From an uncultured bacterium (lineage in GTDB: Bacteria > Zhuqueibacterota > QNDG01 > CAYUAG01): a DNA stretch of 64,000 bases. Position numbers and translations under genes: made by a program. Position 1 is the first letter of the stretch; each line of letters starts with the position of its first letter. The notes beneath the pieces were generated by a model. The model did no database searches, was not told where the DNA came from, and saw nothing but the letters and a program-made list of their open reading frames with translations. The stretch lies in assembly GCA_964515295.1 (NCBI GenBank), contig CAZETW010000005.1, forward strand, positions 2,826 to 66,825, written 5' to 3'. This document shows, in pieces, positions 22,908-32,673 of this stretch.

Positions 22908-25900
22908 TTATTTTATAAACAGTAATTTTTTAATTTTGATCTGCGTGTCATTTTTCAGGATATAATAGTATATTCCGCTGCTTACCATGTATCCTGAATC
23001 ATCTCTGCCGTTCCAGATAGTCTGGTAAGTACCGGCTTTTTGATATGAATCAACCAATATCCTGATGGTTTGACCTTTGGTATTACATATTTCAAGTTTA
23101 ATATGTCCGGAGGCAGGGATTTGATACTCTATGGTTGTTTCCGGATTAAATGGATTCGGATAATTTTGTCCCAGCTTAAATTCATTGGGAAAGTCAGTAT
23201 TTTCACTTATGTCTGTAGTTTTATGAAAATGAGCAATGACACTTTTCGCTTTATCCATAATTGTTGCTACCGGGTTGTTTGTGGTGTTAATACTGCCTGA
23301 CCATTGTGAAAAGGCATACCCTTCCTCAGGTGTTGCATTAATAGTAATTGTTACTCCTTTGTTAAACCAGCTGCCCGGGACAGAGGGAGAAATGCTGCCT
23401 CCGTCTGATGGATTTGTCTGAGTATGCAGAAAATATTGAGTGTTGAATACAGCTTTGTACATATTTCTATCTCCTACACTGATCGTACGGGTTGTATCAC
23501 CCTGATCAGTCCAGTGTTGAAAAAGGTATTGCACATCATTATTTGGTTTATATTTGCCCGGCACACTGATTGAATGAGTTGTCCCGTATGACCAGTTAAA
23601 ATATTTTGGTGATACATAGTTTATTCCATCAACGGTGATGGGAAGTCCTGAAGGTTCTGTGGCTATGAGGGTTTTCTCGGTAGTGTTGAAATTTGCTGTA
23701 ATATTTTCTGGTTTGTCGACATAGAATGTATCAGGATTATCAGTGCTGATCAGATCCCCTGACCAGGATGCAAATATATAATTGTTAGCTGTATCAGGAA
23801 CAGCAGTTACAGTTGTATAGGTATTTTCTTTATGCCAGTTTCCCTGGGGTGAGAATTTGACTGTTCCGCCCCATTCCGGATTGACAGATGTCTTGATGTA
23901 ATACTCTTTATGCCAGACAGCAGTTTCAATTATAGGATTTTTTACGATAATTGAAGGGGTAAGCAAGTTACCGCTGTACGAGTTCTCCCCGATTCCTACC
24001 CATTTTGAAAAACCATAGCGCTGAGTGCTGTCAATATTAACCGGAGTGCTGACACGTATAGCTGCAGTTGTATTTTCAGTATACCACCCCTGACCATAGG
24101 TTGTTCCCCAGGGAGAAATTACATCAACATAGTACTGCTCTTTCCAGCTGGCAGTGATCGTTTTAGGTTTGTTCATAGTTATAGATACAAGAGTGTCAGT
24201 CCCTGCATAATCTCCTTTCCATTGATAAAAAGTTTTCCGTGTTTGATCATTCGGGTCTGAGTCAATATATTTATTAACAGATATCTGGGCTGTGGTCTCT
24301 TTTTCATACCATCCCTCTCCTTCCGGGGTGCCATAGGGTGAATGCAGTGTGAGATGGTAATAGGTTGTGAAATGAGCAGTCAGAGTATCTTGATTTTCCG
24401 GGACTTTATAAGTATGTTCCTGTGGTTTTCCATCACTCCATGAACTGAATTCATAATGATGAAAATCATCGGGATTCTGGGGAGAATTCACAGAAACTGT
24501 ATGCGCGGTCTGTGCTGTCCACATAAATGTATGTGGAGCTGTATATTCAACATCATCAGCGGTAAATTTTAAATTAGTCGGTTTTGTGTCTATAGTTATT
24601 CCTTTTGTTAAACCAAAGACTGCTTTAATATTTTTGGGTTTATCCATAATAATACTTGTCGGATTCATATCATGTTCAATATTACCTGACCAATGAGAAA
24701 AAAGGTATTCATTTTTTGGTGAGGCACTTATTTCAATGCTAGCATTTTCATTGAACCAGTTTCCGGGAGAGGCAGGTTTAATGGTTCCGCTGTTTTCTGG
24801 TTCTACAGAGGTTGACAAATAGTATTTCGTGTTCCATTCTGCTTTTTCAATAATGGGATTATTTAAGATCACAGTAGCGGTGTAATTAGTTCCCGTATAA
24901 GAACCACCCCCAGTTCCTCTCCACTTTATAAAAACATGTTTTATCGTATCTCCTATAGTCTGAATAATTGGTGATATTGAAAATGTTACTTCTGAACCTT
25001 CAGGATACCATCCTTGCCCTGAAGTAGTGCCATAATCCGATAATAATTCAATGAAGTATTCAGTGTCCCATACAGCAGTTATGGTTTTTGGTTTGTTCAG
25101 GATTACAGAATCTGAGTTAGAATATCCTTCAAAATCTCCGGTCCATTTATTGAATGTTTTTTTGGTAAAACCCTGTTTATCAATTTCATCAACAGAAAAT
25201 CCAACTTTTGTATCTTTATTGTACCACCCTTCTCCTTCTGGATTTCCAAAATCTGAATCGATAGTTAAATAATATTGTATATCATAATGTGCCGTTATAG
25301 TAGTATTATTCTCAGGGACTGTAATAGTATGTTCCCTTGTTCCTCCATCACTCCATTCATGATATTTATATCTTACTCCGGTATCAGCAGCATATAATGA
25401 ATCCGCAGTAATGATATGGGTTGAATTTTGTGCCCAGGAGAAGGTATGGGGAGCAGTATAATTTTTTCCATCTGCAGTAAAGGGAAGACCGGCAGGTTGA
25501 GTGTCTATTGTCACTTCAATTAAGGGAGAGAATTGTGCTGTTACAGTCATTGGGGCGGTTACAGCTTTTATGGTTGGATTTTCAGTTCCTAAAATATCTC
25601 CAGTCCAAAAGAGAAATTTATAGGAGTTTGCCGGTACAGCGGATATTTCAGCTTCTGAGTTTGCAGTATACCACTTGCCGGGAGGAGCCGGAGTAATATT
25701 ACCTCCATTATGAGGATTAACATCAGTAGAAAGAAGATATTGTAAAGTCCACTCCACTTTTTCAATAATTGGATTGTTCATTACAACAGAATGGGAAGTA
25801 GCTTTTCCTGTATAAGAGCCGGGGCCGGTTCCTTCCCAGTTGGAGAAAACATACCGAATGGCTTCCCCTTCCATGACAGTTGTTTTTGTTATTGAAAAAG

Positions 25901-27719
25901 GAGCAGTCTGTCCCTTATCATACCATCCCTCTCCAGTAACCTTACCATGCCCGGAATTTTTTACAGTCAGATAATACTGAGTTTCCCAGCTGGCATGAAC
26001 AGTTTTAGGACTGCTCATTACAATTGAATTAGAAGGTGAAGTTGAAGAATAATCTCCACTCCATTTGGTAAAGATATATCTTGTTGCTCCCTGAAGATCC
26101 GGGTCAGTAACTGAAAAATCTGCATTTGTATTTGCATCATACCAGCCTGTTCCTTCAGGATACCCGTGTTCTGAATCTACGGTAAGATGATACTGTTTTT
26201 TTAAGGAACATGTGAGTATTTCATCTTCATCAGATACTGTATAATTTTGGATTTTTGTTCCGCCGTTATCCCAGGAATGAAAAGTATATCTGGTATCTTT
26301 TACTGTGTAAACGGGTGATTTTACTGAAATAGAATGAATAGTTTTTTCTACCCATTCGAATGTCTGAGGAGCGGTATATTCTGTACCGTCGACTACAATG
26401 ATCTGTTGCGATGGGTTTGTTTTAATAGTCACATTAACAATCTTTAGAAAATTTGCAGTAACATTTACCGGATTAGTCATCTTCACAGTTGTTGGATTTT
26501 CACTTACTCCTATATCACCAGACCATTCTGAGAATATATAATCAGTTGCCGGAGAAGCTGATAACTGGATTTGCTGATTTTTATCAATCCATTGACCCGG
26601 GGGCGAAGGTGTAGTACTTCCACCCTGATTTGGATTTTTTTGTATGGTTAAATAATATTGGGTGTCCCATTCAGCCTTGATTATTTTGGATGTATCCATC
26701 AATATGGATGTATTTGAAGAGAAACCCGAATAATCTCCGGTCCAGTTTGTAAAAATATATTTGGTTTGTCCCTTAATATCAGGAGTGGTCACAGAGAATC
26801 CGGCATGTGAATTTTTACTATACCACCCTTCTCCCTGTGGATTTCCATATGCTGAATTTACGGTAAGATAGTGTTGGGTATCCCAGTTTACAGTAAAATA
26901 TTTGGGAGAATCCATGTTTACAATCAAGGAAGTATCTGTACTGTATTGATCACCTGACCAGTGATTGAACAAATATCGTGTATTTTTTTTGACCTCCTTG
27001 GATTGTATGGAGATAATAGCATTTTCATGTTTATAATACCATCCATCTCCCTGAGGATTTCCGTGATTGCTTTCTATCTGCAAATAGAAAATTTCATAGA
27101 AGAACGCTGTTATAGTTGTGTCTACATTTTTGACTTGATATTTAAAATCCTTTTTTTCGCCATTACTCCAATGTGTAAAATATCCGCCGGTATTATCTTC
27201 CAGATGCTGTAATGAATCCAGTGATATATTATGCACAGAATATATTTCCCAGTCAAAGGTATGAGGTGTGGTATATTCAACACTGTCTGCATAGAATTTA
27301 AATCCTGAAGGGTCAGATGCTATAGTAACTTGAAATGTTGGTCGTTTCATAACAGTTAATCCGCCGTCATCAGAAGGATTATACGTTAAAATCACTTCAT
27401 CAGCGCCTGTCCCTCCTTCATTATCATAAAAATGTATAACCAATACTTCATCAGCATCCCATGAAGACGGGAAAGAGCTGCATTGTATCACCCATATGCC
27501 AGAATCAGGATAGTAATCGCATCCGGGTGAATTTTCTGTCAGTTTTTCATTACTGCGTGAGGATATATAAGCTTCAAAAGTTATTTCTTGTGGAATAGTC
27601 TGATCCGAATATTCAAGATTTCCATAAACTAAATGAGGTGTCTGAGATAAAATCTGCACAGGATTTAATATGTATAATAATCCGAAAAGTATAACAATAT
27701 ATTGTATATATTTTTTCAT
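22908..27719 (-). CDS. Giant secreted protein (1603 aa) built from a 4-module super-repeat of InlB-B-repeat-like domains, with T9SS C-terminal sorting domain
   Basis: Signal peptide. Repeating order: A (V.I.T.P.GL.F..DG..YT.PHTF.W), B and B' (QYYLTV.S..G...GEGWY), C (QYYL.T.V.P..GG.I.P.PPG.W). The C-terminus QNYPNPFNPETTIEY...SGIYYYILKND is a T9SS CTD. Confidence 0.75.
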   Translation of the reverse strand: MKKYIQYIVILFGLLYILNPVQILSQTPHLVYGNLEYSDQTIPQEITFEAYISSRSNEKLTENSPGCDYYPDSGIWVIQCSSFPSSWDADEVLVIHFYDNEGGTGADEVILTYNPSDDGGLTVMKRPTFQVTIASDPSGFKFYADSVEYTTPHTFDWEIYSVHNISLDSLQHLEDNTGGYFTHWSNGEKKDFKYQVKNVDTTITAFFYEIFYLQIESNHGNPQGDGWYYKHENAIISIQSKEVKKNTRYLFNHWSGDQYSTDTSLIVNMDSPKYFTVNWDTQHYLTVNSAYGNPQGEGWYSKNSHAGFSVTTPDIKGQTKYIFTNWTGDYSGFSSNTSILMDTSKIIKAEWDTQYYLTIQKNPNQGGSTTPSPPGQWIDKNQQIQLSASPATDYIFSEWSGDIGVSENPTTVKMTNPVNVTANFLKIVNVTIKTNPSQQIIVVDGTEYTAPQTFEWVEKTIHSISVKSPVYTVKDTRYTFHSWDNGGTKIQNYTVSDEDEILTCSLKKQYHLTVDSEHGYPEGTGWYDANTNADFSVTDPDLQGATRYIFTKWSGDYSSTSPSNSIVMSSPKTVHASWETQYYLTVKNSGHGKVTGEGWYDKGQTAPFSITKTTVMEGEAIRYVFSNWEGTGPGSYTGKATSHSVVMNNPIIEKVEWTLQYLLSTDVNPHNGGNITPAPPGKWYTANSEAEISAVPANSYKFLFWTGDILGTENPTIKAVTAPMTVTAQFSPLIEVTIDTQPAGLPFTADGKNYTAPHTFSWAQNSTHIITADSLYAADTGVRYKYHEWSDGGTREHTITVPENNTTITAHYDIQYYLTIDSDFGNPEGEGWYNKDTKVGFSVDEIDKQGFTKKTFNKWTGDFEGYSNSDSVILNKPKTITAVWDTEYFIELLSDYGTTSGQGWYPEGSEVTFSISPIIQTIGDTIKHVFIKWRGTGGGSYTGTNYTATVILNNPIIEKAEWNTKYYLSTSVEPENSGTIKPASPGNWFNENASIEISASPKNEYLFSHWSGNIEHDMNPTSIIMDKPKNIKAVFGLTKGITIDTKPTNLKFTADDVEYTAPHTFMWTAQTAHTVSVNSPQNPDDFHHYEFSSWSDGKPQEHTYKVPENQDTLTAHFTTYYHLTLHSPYGTPEGEGWYEKETTAQISVNKYIDSDPNDQTRKTFYQWKGDYAGTDTLVSITMNKPKTITASWKEQYYVDVISPWGTTYGQGWYTENTTAAIRVSTPVNIDSTQRYGFSKWVGIGENSYSGNLLTPSIIVKNPIIETAVWHKEYYIKTSVNPEWGGTVKFSPQGNWHKENTYTTVTAVPDTANNYIFASWSGDLISTDNPDTFYVDKPENITANFNTTEKTLIATEPSGLPITVDGINYVSPKYFNWSYGTTHSISVPGKYKPNNDVQYLFQHWTDQGDTTRTISVGDRNMYKAVFNTQYFLHTQTNPSDGGSISPSVPGSWFNKGVTITINATPEEGYAFSQWSGSINTTNNPVATIMDKAKSVIAHFHKTTDISENTDFPNEFKLGQNYPNPFNPETTIEYQIPASGHIKLEICNTKGQTIRILVDSYQKAGTYQTIWNGRDDSGYMVSSGIYYYILKNDTQIKIKKLLFIK

Positions 27720-27734
27720 ATTTACTCCGTGATC

Positions 27735-30700
27735 CTACCGGACTAATAAGACTTTTATAGTTTTAGAGAATTTTTCGGTTTTCATATTAATAAAGTATAT
27801 ACCACTGCCCAGTCTATTATTTTTATTATCTGTTCCATCCCATCTTAATGAATGATACCCTGATTTTACTTCCTTATTAATTAATACCCTAATTTCTTGT
27901 CCTTTAATATTATATATAACAACCTTAATTTCAGAAGATTCAGGAATTTCATACTGAATTAATGTTTCCTGATTAAAAGGATTGGGATGATTCTGTTTAA
28001 TGTCAAAATATTCTGGTATATTATTTGAGTTAGGATTTGATGTACGCTTTGCTTTATCCGACGATTCACTGGTAAGGATAATTTGAACAGAGTCTACTAT
28101 GTTCCCAGCATTATTTTTAAATTCTACACATAAGGTATCTCCTGTCTTCCAGCCAAATGGTAAATTACCAATTTGTGCCACCCAGTAAGAATTTTGTACA
28201 GTACAATTTGGAAATTCCTGATTAATAATTTCTTGTGGATTTGCATTAATAAAAGCATCGAATTGGGTAATTTTATTTTTATTATCTGTATTACCTGCTC
28301 TGGAATCAAACTCACCCCATACGATATGCGGTATTCTTTTTCTTTTAAATAAGATTTTTTCATCTGATAATTTTTTCATTATTTTTGGGCTTCCCCCGCC
28401 CGGCCAGATAATATCAGCTGTCATATTAACTAAATAGGGGTAACCGGCTCTTATATTGAAATCAGTAAAAGGTAAATCTGCAATATATTGTTTATAGTAT
28501 TGCTTTTTTGAATGCCATACAGCAATACTATTACAATGAGGTATTTCTGATAACAATTGTGATGCTTTGGTTAAATTACTTTTATTCAGCGGAAGCATTA
28601 TTTCGTTGAAGTCAGTACCCGGAGTTGTAATAAGAGTATAAGTCGTATCCACAGGGGTGCCAATCAAACTAAAATATGAATCTTTTGTAATGTTTACATG
28701 ATACGGGTATCCCATATTTATATTAAAATTATTAATATTTAATCCTTTCACATATTGAATATAGGTTTGATTGACTGCATCCCATTTAGCTATTGAATTG
28801 CTGTAAGGTATCATATTACAGAGATCTTCCGCATTTGATATATTATCAATTTTAAACGGTATTGCAATAGAATTAAAATTTGTAGAATTTGTCGTATACA
28901 GTGGATATCTGTATTCCCCCATTATAGAAGAAGGTTGACTTTCAGTCCCGCTGGCAGATGTAACTTTATAAAAAATACTTGAGGAAGATATATAACTTAA
29001 CGTATCAGTAAAATTTACAATATTTTCAGATTTAATATTCATTATTCCGCTTCCAACTCTATTCGAACCGTTTATTGTATCTGGAATAAATTCAGGTATA
29101 GTATCCCGGTATACATTATAAAAACTTGCACCCTCAATTGAAGAAAACTTCATATCAAAATAATTATTTGTTTTATTAATTGATATTGGTGTGGGAGGCA
29201 AAGGTTTTATACTTCCAATTTCTTTATACGACCACTTATTGAAATTATATTCTATTTTCCTGCCATGCCTTTGTACTGTTATTACCCCATTGTTCCAGGA
29301 TATTATATTTTCTCCAATATTGGTTTCTGTATGAATCCTTTTATCAGGAGCATATTGTATTTGTTTTCCGTTAAATTTTGTCTGATCACCACTGTTCATA
29401 AGTGTATCACCGTGACTATTAATAAACTGAGCATTGTATCCCGGTATTATCTGGGCATTATTTAATACAGCATTTTTAAATTCTTCATAGGTGTCGTAAT
29501 CAATATCAATAGTACATACTTCAATTGCGGATGCTTGATTAGTCATTTGTAAAGCTACCGCTACTCGATCCTCTTTAAAAAATCGCCAGTCAGATATTGT
29601 TTCGTCAACATCAAATACATTTCCAAGCCCGCCAAAATGAAGATAAGGATCATTAACTTTCACTAATAAATAATTTTTATATTGATATCCTCCGCTGCCC
29701 AACACAAGTCCTAATCCCTGATCTTCATACTCCGGTAATGATTCACTATCATTAATCCAGATTTTTATACTCCCTACAGGGATTAAATGATGAGGATAGT
29801 TTATCTCTTCATTATTAGAAGCAATATTCAGCTGCCAGCCTCTATTCAGACTATAATCTGTTCCACCCATATTATAGTATTTAGTAACATACGTCCATTT
29901 ACTTTGATTGTTATTTAATCCTCCTGCACCGTTAGATTCAATATTCAGATGCCAATAATTGTCCGGTTCATCTTTTAGAATTCCAATATCTTCTATTACT
30001 CCCGGCAGTTGATAGCTGCTTACATAAGCATCATATAAGCTTCCGAGAACCGAACCATCGGGATTAGGTCCCTTTCTCCAGTAAATCCACTGATAGATAT
30101 TAGGCTGTCCTGCCATGACACTGTAAGGGTAATTCCTCCCCAGCCAGCCTCCGTGTAAACCTGCACTAAAATCCATGGTTGAATCAAGCAATATGAGATC
30201 TAATATCATTTTTGCTCTTTTTTTTATTTCCTCATTGATTGAAAAATCATAAATTGTATATAAGCAAACAACCATAGCCATTGTGTAATAACCATCAAGT
30301 TCATAATTACCCTTGAATGCCAACTGGTAGAATCTCCAGAACAGCCAGTCTCTGCTGATGTTATATGAATTATAATAATTTTCTGGTATATAGTATCTGC
30401 CTTCCCAACTAAATTCAGGTAATCCGGCAGGATAATAAACATTGATATTTTTGTGATGTTGAGAATATAAATATCTCAAGGTATAGTCGTACAATCTATT
30501 ATTAAAATTGTATTTATTAAAAGATGATTTTTTAATAAACTTGAGAAATTTATTTTCAAGAAAAATACTGTCCGATTCTGATATCATATGATGATATTGA
30601 AACAGAATTCTATATAAAAGAACACATGTCAGATCCCAGTTTGTTCTCCACCTCCAAAGATAAGGTTCTCCTGGTTCGCCTACTGTACCCCAAAATTGTA

Positions 30701-30923
30701 TAATATCATGAATCTGTTGAGCTTTGGTTGTATCATTATTTTCTAGCCAGGCCCAAATACTTTGCCCTCCGTGTAAATAACCTTCACCATTTTTTCTTAG
30801 ATACTCATCAGCGTTTAGTTTTAAAATAGAATTTTTTATCTGGGCATAGTTATTGTTAATGAATACAATAAGGAAAAACAGAATAATTGTTCTCGTTATT
30901 ATTTTTAAAATATAATTTTTCAT
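27735..30923 (-). CDS. Secreted protein (1062 aa) of unknown function with an FN3-like segment, an internally duplicated ~75-aa domain and a T9SS C-terminal sorting domain
   Basis: Signal peptide. Duplicated ..FNSIAIPFKIDN...GYPYHVNIT.. / ..FNEIMLPLNKSN...GYPYLVNMT.. segments. The C-terminus QNHPNPFNQETLIQY...SGIYFINMKTE is a T9SS CTD. Confidence 0.65.
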   Translation of the reverse strand: MKNYILKIITRTIILFFLIVFINNNYAQIKNSILKLNADEYLRKNGEGYLHGGQSIWAWLENNDTTKAQQIHDIIQFWGTVGEPGEPYLWRWRTNWDLTCVLLYRILFQYHHMISESDSIFLENKFLKFIKKSSFNKYNFNNRLYDYTLRYLYSQHHKNINVYYPAGLPEFSWEGRYYIPENYYNSYNISRDWLFWRFYQLAFKGNYELDGYYTMAMVVCLYTIYDFSINEEIKKRAKMILDLILLDSTMDFSAGLHGGWLGRNYPYSVMAGQPNIYQWIYWRKGPNPDGSVLGSLYDAYVSSYQLPGVIEDIGILKDEPDNYWHLNIESNGAGGLNNNQSKWTYVTKYYNMGGTDYSLNRGWQLNIASNNEEINYPHHLIPVGSIKIWINDSESLPEYEDQGLGLVLGSGGYQYKNYLLVKVNDPYLHFGGLGNVFDVDETISDWRFFKEDRVAVALQMTNQASAIEVCTIDIDYDTYEEFKNAVLNNAQIIPGYNAQFINSHGDTLMNSGDQTKFNGKQIQYAPDKRIHTETNIGENIISWNNGVITVQRHGRKIEYNFNKWSYKEIGSIKPLPPTPISINKTNNYFDMKFSSIEGASFYNVYRDTIPEFIPDTINGSNRVGSGIMNIKSENIVNFTDTLSYISSSSIFYKVTSASGTESQPSSIMGEYRYPLYTTNSTNFNSIAIPFKIDNISNAEDLCNMIPYSNSIAKWDAVNQTYIQYVKGLNINNFNINMGYPYHVNITKDSYFSLIGTPVDTTYTLITTPGTDFNEIMLPLNKSNLTKASQLLSEIPHCNSIAVWHSKKQYYKQYIADLPFTDFNIRAGYPYLVNMTADIIWPGGGSPKIMKKLSDEKILFKRKRIPHIVWGEFDSRAGNTDNKNKITQFDAFINANPQEIINQEFPNCTVQNSYWVAQIGNLPFGWKTGDTLCVEFKNNAGNIVDSVQIILTSESSDKAKRTSNPNSNNIPEYFDIKQNHPNPFNQETLIQYEIPESSEIKVVIYNIKGQEIRVLINKEVKSGYHSLRWDGTDNKNNRLGSGIYFINMKTEKFSKTIKVLLVR

Positions 30924-31292
30924 ATTTTTAAAGTTTAAATAAAAATTTAATATTTTTCCACTTATTGATTTTCAGTCACTCTGTATTTATTTTTACCAGT
31001 ATCATATTACTGATATTAATTATTAAGATTACTATTGATTACCAATTTTTTTTATGTAATTATTTAAAATTAATAAATTCAGTAACTTATTTTTATAATT
31101 CATAATTATTTTAAATTTTATCAATCCATAATAAATATCCTGATAATACATAGAATTTTGTATTAAATTTTTTATGCAATAATTGAGCCATTATATAAAT
31201 TTTTAATTTTACTTGACTATTAAAAAAATTATCAAGAAATTATTAATAGTTATAATATAAGGATTTTAATAAATTTATATGAAGGGTGTGTT

Positions 31293-31910
31293 TTGGTTAT
31301 AGGTGTTACAGGTGGTATTGGTTCTGGTAAATCTTTATTCACCAGAGAACTGGGAAAATTAGGAGCATATACTATTGATGCTGATAACATTGCACGGAGA
31401 TTAATTGATCAAAATAAAGCTCTACGCAGGCAGATTAAAAAGAATTTTAGCCCTGAGATATTTGATAAAAAAGATAATTTACAGCGGCGAAAATTTGGAA
31501 AACTGGTGTTTGCTCATTCAGAATTATTAAAACAATTAAATTCAATTATTCATGATCCGCTGCTTGGTGAGATAAAAGCATGTATTAAAAGTGTTCAAGA
31601 TAAGTATAACAATTGCATTATTGTAGTAGATATGGCTGTTATCTTTGAAGCAGAAGCTGAATCAATGTTCGATTACATTGTTACTGTTGATGCTCCTTTG
31701 GGTATGAGGATCAAAAGGCTGGAAAAGGACAGGGGATGGACTAAGAAGGAGATCAAGGATCGGATCAATTCTCAAATAAATGCTGAGGAGAAGATTAAAA
31801 AAAGTGATTTTGTTATTAAAAATAATGGCTCAGTTAAAGATCTGAAATTAAAAGCTTCTAAGTTTTACAGTTTTATTTACTCATTATTTATAAAAGAGAA
31901 TAATAATTAG
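31293..31910 (+). CDS. coaE: Dephospho-CoA kinase
   Basis: (TTG)VIGVTGGIGSGKS P-loop, ...VVDMAVIFE..., 205 aa. Confidence 0.85.
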   Translation: MVIGVTGGIGSGKSLFTRELGKLGAYTIDADNIARRLIDQNKALRRQIKKNFSPEIFDKKDNLQRRKFGKLVFAHSELLKQLNSIIHDPLLGEIKACIKSVQDKYNNCIIVVDMAVIFEAEAESMFDYIVTVDAPLGMRIKRLEKDRGWTKKEIKDRINSQINAEEKIKKSDFVIKNNGSVKDLKLKASKFYSFIYSLFIKENNN

Positions 31911-32308
31911 CTAATGTATAATGTGTTAATTCAATTATCTTATTTAATCCACTTAATACAGACGATATATAATGGTGAAAATTGTACACTTTTTAAAGAG
32001 GAATGGGGGATTTATGGTCTTTATGAGCAATACAACACTTTGTTGAATATTTTATAAGTCTAATAAAATTAACTATTTGATAAAATATTATTTTTTTGGT
32101 CTGATTGTTGCTATATTTTAGTACGAATAAATTGAGATGAATAATCTCAATTATTCCTTTCCTCATTTCCTCCTTTTTTTTTATAGCCGTTGTCTTAATT
32201 AAGACAACGGCTAGCCTCTAATTTTTATTATCATTATACTTGATTTTAAAATCATAATTTTGTACTTTCAGTTATATTTATTATAATATAATTCAGAAAG
32301 GACACATC

Positions 32309-32650
32309 ATGAAAATTTTGCATTACGATGCAATCGCTCCCACAAAGGTTGAGGATAAGGATGCTGAAGGGGTAACTATCCGGTGGTTGATCTCAAAAGA
32401 AGATGGAGCTGATAATTTTGCTATGCGTTTTTTTGAAATAGAACCCGGAGGTAAAACCCCTCTTCACAATCATGAACATGAACACGAAGTGTATATCATC
32501 GAAGGAGAAGGCGTTGTATGGAAGCAGGGTAATGAAATACCAATAAAGCCCGGAATGGCTGTTTTTGTCCCGCCTCAAGAAAAACATTGCTTTATTAACA
32601 ATAGTCAGGCAACATTAAAGTTTATCTGCTTAATACCCAATATTAATTAA
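32309..32650 (+). CDS. Cupin-domain protein
   Basis: 113 aa with the cupin motifs GGKTPLHNHEHEHEVYIIEG and GMAVFVPPQEKHCFIN. Confidence 0.7.
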   Translation: MKILHYDAIAPTKVEDKDAEGVTIRWLISKEDGADNFAMRFFEIEPGGKTPLHNHEHEHEVYIIEGEGVVWKQGNEIPIKPGMAVFVPPQEKHCFINNSQATLKFICLIPNIN

Positions 32651-32673
32651 TTTTTTAAATATGGAGTATACTT

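Noticed and set aside
30924-31292. TTGACT (31213) plus TATAAT (31251) as a promoter pair
   Set aside because: The spacing is 32 nt, far from the 16-18 nt optimum. The region is so AT-rich that -10-like hexamers are uninformative.
31995-32171. 58-aa minus-strand ORF (MRKGIIEIIHLNLFVLKYS...) after an AAGGAGG-like sequence
   Set aside because: The SD-to-ATG spacing is only 2 nt. The sequence is low-complexity and AT-driven, with no recognisable motif.
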